Shown: in pieces, positions 58,233 through 64,000 of the stretch
Layout: every line of letters begins with the position of its first letter
Numbering within the stretch: the stretch's first letter is position 1
Assembly (NCBI GenBank): GCA_022565615.1
Contig: JAIUMM010000004.1
Coordinates: forward strand, 622 to 64,621
Source of the DNA: Nanobdellota archaeon
Lineage (GTDB): Archaea > Nanobdellota > Nanobdellia > Woesearchaeales > UBA583
Direction of reading: 5' to 3'
DNA: 64,000 nt
Notes under the pieces: generated by a model
What the model was told of the DNA's origin: nothing
Seen by the model: only the letters and a program-made list of their open reading frames with translations
Database searches by the model: none
Position numbers and translations under genes: made by a program

Positions 58233-60383
58233 TTAATTAATTTGAATATGTTTAATTTCAGCTCTTGGCATTTCTTGATCAAAATCATCATAGGATTGAG
58301 GATATGTAACACCTGGCAATTGAGCAATAACTCTTCTTGCAAATTGTAAATCATTAAATGTTACTACATAATTTTCTAACTCAAAACTTGAAATAACCCA
58401 ACCATCTAAGTCAAATTCAGGTAAATCTGGTGCATCTTTACATCCAATTTCATACCATTTACATTTTCTACCTTCTTTTTTTGGAATAGTTACTCTACTT
58501 CTATCAAGTACAAATGATGTTATTTTATAGGTGTCAGGAACTAAAGTAATATTCAAAGAACTCATATCAGTTGTTGAGTTAATGCTAATTACTTGAATAA
58601 ACTCAGGATTATTTATAGGTTCAAATAATATAAACGCTTCTTGATTTGGCTGAACTGATCTTCCCATCACTGAGAAAAATAAATCTAAAGTTTTTGGAGT
58701 AATCATTGTTACTTGCTCTCTAGTAGGTTCTTCAAGAGTTGGAGTTATTTCAACTTTTTGATTTAAATAACCTTCTCTAATAATTTCAAGTTGAGAATTT
58801 GGACAATTAATTGGTAACTTTAAGACATATTCATTTGAACTAAATCTCTCTATAGTTTCTTGAACTGGGATTTGACATGCAGTTTGTGGTTGAGTTGAAC
58901 AGTAAAATAAAAATAAAACATCCTCAAGAGGTTCTCTCTCATCAAATCTATTTAATGAACTCACTTCTACTGAAACATCTTGAGAAATGAAATGATTTGG
59001 GTTACAATATGTTGCTGTAAAGGACTCTTGTGTTTGTAGAGAATTTAATCTATAATCTCCTTCAATTAATGCTCTTAGAGGATTATTATTTCTAATATTT
59101 ACTTCTAAAGGTAAATTGAACACAAATCCATCATCTCTTTGATTTAAACCATCTCTAATCTCATATAATACTGGAACTGTTACATCATACCCTGCTTGAT
59201 ATGTAGTATACTGAATTGGAACAATTAATAATACTTCATTAAATACACTATGTGTTAATACTTGTCCACTTCCTTTTCCATTTGAAAAAGAAAATGAAAT
59301 TGGGAAAAATGGCTCATAATGTAAATTTGCAACAAATCTGGAATATTCTCTATTTAAACGCTGAGTTCTTAACATAGAACCATCAAGTCTTGAAAATAAT
59401 GGACCATGATGAATTTCAACAGGTTTAAATATTGAACTTTGAGTTTGAACAATAGTGTTTTCTTGATTAGGTGTTAGAGCCAAATCTGTTACAATTAATT
59501 CTCGTGAATGTGAATTAAATATTCTTTGAAGAAGAGGCTTTTTATCCTCTGCATAAATTACTGAATAATCAGTAACTCCATATTTGAAATCATAAAATGG
59601 TGGCAAGAAATTATCATCTCCAGTTTTTTGATAATTATATATAAAATCTAAATATGCATTTTCTATAAAACTTAGTTCTTGTTGTGCTAAAATAATATCA
59701 TTTGCAATTAAATATGGAACTCTTATTTTATTTTCAATATCAATTCTAAATCTCTCTAAACTCTCAAGTGTACTCCCATCTAAACTTTCAACTTGAACTG
59801 GTAAGTATAACTCAAATACTATTCTATTTTGCTCAAATGAAGAGGAGGATACTTGAAGTTTCATTAAATCTCTATCTACATTATACACTTCTGAAAATGA
59901 AGCAAAATCTTGAAGACAATGTTCATTTACTGTCTCTTCAATGAGCCTAATTACCTGATTTCTTATTGAAAACTCATCATTTTCATTATCAAGAGTTGGT
60001 ATTTGATTTCTATATTGATTAGAAGTTTCGTCAAAATAATCCCAATATTTTAAATTTCCATAAAAAATATGTTCAAAACCTTGGGCTCTATTAATTAAAG
60101 GATTAAAGTCATTAGGTCTTGCATATGTTTCAATACCTCTTGTGTAATACCATCCTCCTTTTTTAGCAACTTCATTAAGAGCAAAATCTGCTTGCTGAAG
60201 TAAACATTGTTGAGTAAATTCTTGAACTCTAACTCCTGGAGTTTCTGCTTGAAATATAGAAGAAGAAGAGAATAACGTTAAGGCTAAAATTCCAATTATA
60301 AGAATAATTACTCCAATTATTACAAAAATTGAAATTTGAGCTTTGTTTAAAACTTTAAACAAAAATTTACTTAAAAAATTCAT
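58233..60383 (-). CDS. Large class III signal peptide (pilin-like) surface protein
   Basis: NKA|QISIFVIIGVIILII; VQEFTQQCL...AL..VA.KGG. Confidence 0.78.
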   Translation of the reverse strand: MNFLSKFLFKVLNKAQISIFVIIGVIILIIGILALTLFSSSSIFQAETPGVRVQEFTQQCLLQQADFALNEVAKKGGWYYTRGIETYARPNDFNPLINRAQGFEHIFYGNLKYWDYFDETSNQYRNQIPTLDNENDEFSIRNQVIRLIEETVNEHCLQDFASFSEVYNVDRDLMKLQVSSSSFEQNRIVFELYLPVQVESLDGSTLESLERFRIDIENKIRVPYLIANDIILAQQELSFIENAYLDFIYNYQKTGDDNFLPPFYDFKYGVTDYSVIYAEDKKPLLQRIFNSHSRELIVTDLALTPNQENTIVQTQSSIFKPVEIHHGPLFSRLDGSMLRTQRLNREYSRFVANLHYEPFFPISFSFSNGKGSGQVLTHSVFNEVLLIVPIQYTTYQAGYDVTVPVLYEIRDGLNQRDDGFVFNLPLEVNIRNNNPLRALIEGDYRLNSLQTQESFTATYCNPNHFISQDVSVEVSSLNRFDEREPLEDVLFLFYCSTQPQTACQIPVQETIERFSSNEYVLKLPINCPNSQLEIIREGYLNQKVEITPTLEEPTREQVTMITPKTLDLFFSVMGRSVQPNQEAFILFEPINNPEFIQVISINSTTDMSSLNITLVPDTYKITSFVLDRSRVTIPKKEGRKCKWYEIGCKDAPDLPEFDLDGWVISSFELENYVVTFNDLQFARRVIAQLPGVTYPQSYDDFDQEMPRAEIKHIQIN

Positions 60384-60441
60384 AATTAATTGTAATAAAC
60401 TTAATTTATAAATTTTTAGTAAAACTTAAGAGATGAAAAAA

Positions 60442-60969
60442 TTAATTACCCCAAGAACATCTTCTTTTTTGAGGAGGTTTTCTAAACTCTAAAATATCAT
60501 CAAGACTTAATAAGCCTTTCTTTCCCAAAGCATCATTAATAATTTCTTTTTTCTCATCTCTAAGATGAGGTTTTATTAAAAATTGTCTAAGATTTTTATC
60601 CCATTTTTGATTTCTAATTAATAATATGGTCTTGCTTGAACTTCTAAAGCTAGGTAATGAAAAAATCGATTTTCTCACTTCCATTGAGTCTTTCTCAGAC
60701 ATCAATCTATTTAAACTCTGCTGAGATAGAAAAGAGTCTTTATTTTCTAAAAAATAATTCAATCCTATAAATTCTATTGATTTTGTACCTCTTCTATGTG
60801 GTATTAATTGTATTTCAATTCCTTGACAACTTACAGCATTATTACAATATCTATGCAAAAAATTCGAACTATAAACAATTTTCAAAAAATTAGCATATTC
60901 TTGCTTAAATTTAAAAAAACCAAAATTGTCTTGCTCTGCAGAGAATAAATCTAATTTTACATAATACAT
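60442..60969 (-). CDS. Hypothetical protein
   Basis: 175-aa ORF; no recognised motif. Confidence 0.45.
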   Translation of the reverse strand: MYYVKLDLFSAEQDNFGFFKFKQEYANFLKIVYSSNFLHRYCNNAVSCQGIEIQLIPHRRGTKSIEFIGLNYFLENKDSFLSQQSLNRLMSEKDSMEVRKSIFSLPSFRSSSKTILLIRNQKWDKNLRQFLIKPHLRDEKKEIINDALGKKGLLSLDDILEFRKPPQKRRCSWGN

Positions 60970-61045
60970 TATAATATGAACTAGTGACTAATAATTTAAA
61001 TACTTTAAGAAAATAGCCAAACAATGAATTCGTGAAATTATAAAA

Positions 61046-63187
61046 TTATTTTTGAACATAGTATGCAATTTTTATTTCTTTCATACTTTTAATTGTTCCA
61101 AATAATTCTAAGACTTTTCTTATTTCTTCTACTTGAAGTTTTGCTGTATGAACTGTTGTATAATCAATTTCTTCAAATTGCTGTTGTGCTAAAAACTGGA
61201 TATTTTTAATATTTGAAAAATGTACTAAATTTGTTTTAGAAAAACCTGAATTTGTTTTTTCAATAATTTTTTTTTGAGCTAAACTCTCACAAGTTCTTGT
61301 AATTTCAGTATACATCATTTTAGAATTTAAAAGTAATTCTGCTGATGTGAATTGTTCTTTTACACTCATAATTTGACTAAGTAATTCTTTTTCTGAATGA
61401 GTTAATGTTGCTAAATTTAAAGGAAGAGGAATTCCTTGAAAAGGAACTATTGATTGAATAGTATTTCCTTCTAATAATTCAACAAGTACTTGAAATTCTT
61501 CTCCTTTACTATTTTGAATTTTCACTAAAATCCCTGGAATTAAATCTGTTTGAATCTCTTTACCATTATGAAGAGCTTTTGCATCATCAAATGATATCTC
61601 AGCTCTTACATGTTCAATAAAGTCTCTATGAGTTTGAGTTTTTTTTGAAGAAGAATTACTAGAATTTGAAGAGTTAGTTTTTGAAGTAGTCCCTTTCTCT
61701 TCTTCTTGATTATTGTTTGAATTTCCATTATTATTTGAAAATGTTGAATTATTTGGTGTAGGACTCATTGTTTGAATTTCTGGAGAATCATATGGAAGAG
61801 TAATATCAACAGTTTCTCCTCCATGTTTTGACATCCTAGGCCTCACATTTACTTTAAGAGGAATGTCTAGAACTCCTGTAAGTAAACAAGTTCCAATATT
61901 TAATCTTTGAATTTCTTGTTCTGATGCTGAATCTACTCCTTCACTACTTGCAATTACAGATTTTAAATCATTTGGATTTGTAATTTTGAGTAGAATTTGT
62001 GTTGAACATTGTGAAATTACATTTTTATCAATTTTAGCAGGTCTTTGTGAAATTACACACAATCCTATTCCAAATTTACGACCCTCTCCTGCTAGTGTTC
62101 TAATAATTGAAGAAGATTTTAATTTTCCAAGACTAGCTTCTGGACAAAAATTGTGTGCTTCTTCAAGTACTAAAAAAAAAGGAGGAATTTCTTCTCTTTT
62201 TCTTGCTTCAAATAAATCTCTAAGTAATCCTGCAACAAATGTTTCTTGAACATACGGTTCAACTCCTTTGAGTGAAATTATACTTGCTTGTGCTTGTTTA
62301 ATTACTGAATTTAAAGGAGTTGGATTTGTTGAATATAATTTTAATTGTTTTAATTGTTCAATTAATGATATTAAAGACCATTTTGAATTACTCTCTTCAT
62401 TTGATAAATTAAAAATTAGTTCATCAAAATCTACTCTATTATTTGCACTTTGAAGCATATTATACACTAACGATTGTTGAGCAGGAGTTATTTTTTGAGG
62501 TAATGATTCAACTAAATCTTGAGGTTTCATCTTATTTAAATCAAGAGTTATTGGATGACATTGAGAATTAATTTTAGTATCAGGAGAATATTGTACTATT
62601 TGATTCATAAATCCTTTAGGTTGTAAATTAAATGCTTCTAAACGTTTCATATCTTTTTTATCAGTATTTGGAAATTTAAGAGTTGAATACTCATTGTGTG
62701 GATCCAATATTAAAATTGGTATTTTTTTTCTAATAATTTCTTCTAAAATTACTCCAACTGTATATGACTTTCCAGCTCCTGATTTTGCAAGTACTGCAAT
62801 ATGTTTTGTTATTACTTTTTTCAAATCAAGTGAGATATTTAAGTTTGGATGATGTTCTAGTTTTCCAAGACATGAACTCTCATCTTTAAATAAACCAATA
62901 ATTTCTTCAATTTCTTTATCACTTGCAACTTCAATTAAAGCCTCATTAGAAAATGGAGTTCTAATATTTTTTAAGACTCCATTCTCTTTAAATCCTACAA
63001 TTTTAACATCTCCAATTAATTTATCATCATCACGAATAATATTTTTAACTTGTGCTAAAATACTTCCATGCTCATCATGTTTAATTGTTAAAAAATCAAA
63101 TGTTTTTATATCTCCAAAAATTAAAATTTTACATTCATACACATCTGACTTACCATACATTTGTGCAATTTTTTCAACTTCACTCAT
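61046..63187 (-). CDS. HerA/FtsK-family ATPase (DUF87-type) with C-terminal winged-helix-like region
   Basis: N-terminal HAS-barrel-like region, HIAVLAKSGAGKS, DPHNEY, LEEAH, EGRKFG, SQRP, SQC.T. Confidence 0.9.
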   Translation of the reverse strand: MSEVEKIAQMYGKSDVYECKILIFGDIKTFDFLTIKHDEHGSILAQVKNIIRDDDKLIGDVKIVGFKENGVLKNIRTPFSNEALIEVASDKEIEEIIGLFKDESSCLGKLEHHPNLNISLDLKKVITKHIAVLAKSGAGKSYTVGVILEEIIRKKIPILILDPHNEYSTLKFPNTDKKDMKRLEAFNLQPKGFMNQIVQYSPDTKINSQCHPITLDLNKMKPQDLVESLPQKITPAQQSLVYNMLQSANNRVDFDELIFNLSNEESNSKWSLISLIEQLKQLKLYSTNPTPLNSVIKQAQASIISLKGVEPYVQETFVAGLLRDLFEARKREEIPPFFLVLEEAHNFCPEASLGKLKSSSIIRTLAGEGRKFGIGLCVISQRPAKIDKNVISQCSTQILLKITNPNDLKSVIASSEGVDSASEQEIQRLNIGTCLLTGVLDIPLKVNVRPRMSKHGGETVDITLPYDSPEIQTMSPTPNNSTFSNNNGNSNNNQEEEKGTTSKTNSSNSSNSSSKKTQTHRDFIEHVRAEISFDDAKALHNGKEIQTDLIPGILVKIQNSKGEEFQVLVELLEGNTIQSIVPFQGIPLPLNLATLTHSEKELLSQIMSVKEQFTSAELLLNSKMMYTEITRTCESLAQKKIIEKTNSGFSKTNLVHFSNIKNIQFLAQQQFEEIDYTTVHTAKLQVEEIRKVLELFGTIKSMKEIKIAYYVQK

Positions 63188-63319
63188 CTAAATATTAAAA
63201 AGCAAAGTTTACCTTTAAAGTTTTTGTTCAAACAGAAGATGACAAGAAGAAAGAAATTAAAAATTTCAAATATCAATAAAGAAAGTTTATTCTTTAAAAA
63301 TTATAAATCTAAAGATAAA

Positions 63320-64000
63320 TTAATAACAACCAATTTGAGAACGGGAATTTGCAGTACAAGTATAAGTTCTCTGGCAATTACCATCTCCTGATTCAGATCT
63401 ATAAGTACAAGTTGGAGCCGGCGCATTTCTCCATACATTTCCTGATGTACTACAAGGAAGACAACCATTACAATTTCTGGGGAGATATGTTCCCCAATTA
63501 TTAAACCTCGTCCACTCAGAAGGACAATTATGTAAGTCAAATCTACAAAATAAATCTCCATCATCCACATTAATTTGCCCATTTAGATCCAAACATTCTC
63601 CAACTGTGTGAACTTCATTTACCAATAATTCGTCTCTTGAATAAACCCCGTCTCCTCCTCCACTACTCTCTATTGTGTTACAAACCCAATTACTCCCATC
63701 CCATCCTAAAGCTTGATTATCTTCATTACATAAAGGAGGTATTTGTGAATATCTTGAATCTGCGTAGGAAAGTGATAGAGCATCTCCTGCTTCTACTGGA
63801 TTTGGAACATTTGTAATTCTATTATTATTCATATTCAATATTCCAGTCATGCTATCTCCTTCTCGATTAACATACCTTCCATCTACACTGCCAGTATTTA
63901 ATTCATTTAAACGTACACTATTTGACGCTATCTTTGCACTTGTAATTGCATCATTTTGAATCATTGTAGTAAATATGGAATTAGTTTGTCCCTCATTTAC
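63320..64000 (-). CDS. C-terminal part of a fibre/adhesin-like surface protein with a Cys-rich terminal module; truncated by the window edge
   Basis: Frame open to 64000 (VNEGQTNSIFTTMIQNDAITSAKIA); YVNREGDSMTG.LNMNNNRITNV.NP....DA....Y.D fibre/YadA-stalk-like motif; terminal C-rich module ending QIGCY. Confidence 0.7.
   Translation of the reverse strand, partial: VNEGQTNSIFTTMIQNDAITSAKIASNSVRLNELNTGSVDGRYVNREGDSMTGILNMNNNRITNVPNPVEAGDALSLSYADSRYSQIPPLCNEDNQALGWDGSNWVCNTIESSGGGDGVYSRDELLVNEVHTVGECLDLNGQINVDDGDLFCRFDLHNCPSEWTRFNNWGTYLPRNCNGCLPCSTSGNVWRNAPAPTCTYRSESGDGNCQRTYTCTANSRSQIGCY

Noticed and set aside
1546..63582. Short ORFs overlapping longer genes (1546, 6893, 17337, 21801, 25311, 26630, 31218, 33581, 34256, 43467, 44625, 46336, 50636, 56640, 61986, 62268, 63161, 63301)
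   Set aside because: Antisense or alternate-frame shadows of well-supported genes, with no motifs of their own
63320..63640. Diversity-generating retroelement target (variable C-terminal region)
   Set aside because: No reverse transcriptase and no near-identical template repeat visible in the window; the module is not recognisably a C-type lectin fold

Overview
Very AT-rich archaeal chromosomal segment. The gene content is DPANN-like, most consistent with Woesearchaeota/Nanoarchaeia: PolD large subunit, aRF1, Pelota, rpS17e, Hjc, A/V-type ATPase B, GatB and Pop5, plus several class III signal-peptide (pilin-like) proteins and giant surface proteins. No CRISPR array, transposase, integrase or reverse transcriptase is visible. 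Features missing from the ORF track that I read from the sequence: tRNA-Glu(CTC) at 3864-3938, an AU-rich RNase P RNA at 54112-54425 (-) that folds without P8 and P16/P17, a rubredoxin, a 41-aa membrane peptide, a LamG/pilin-like gene cut by the left edge, and a CPBP protease gene broken by one in-frame TAA. Three observations stand out. (1) The PolD DP2 gene stops cleanly after the first (Lys-bearing) double-psi barrel, implying a split two-barrel replicative polymerase. (2) A single-chain kinase-metallophosphoesterase-T4 Rnl1-type ligase ('heal-and-seal' RNA repair) gene is transcribed divergently from the RNase P RNA, with no Hen1 nearby. (3) Two giant surface proteins have clear internal repeat architectures. 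All family assignments come from motif recognition by eye, not database searches.
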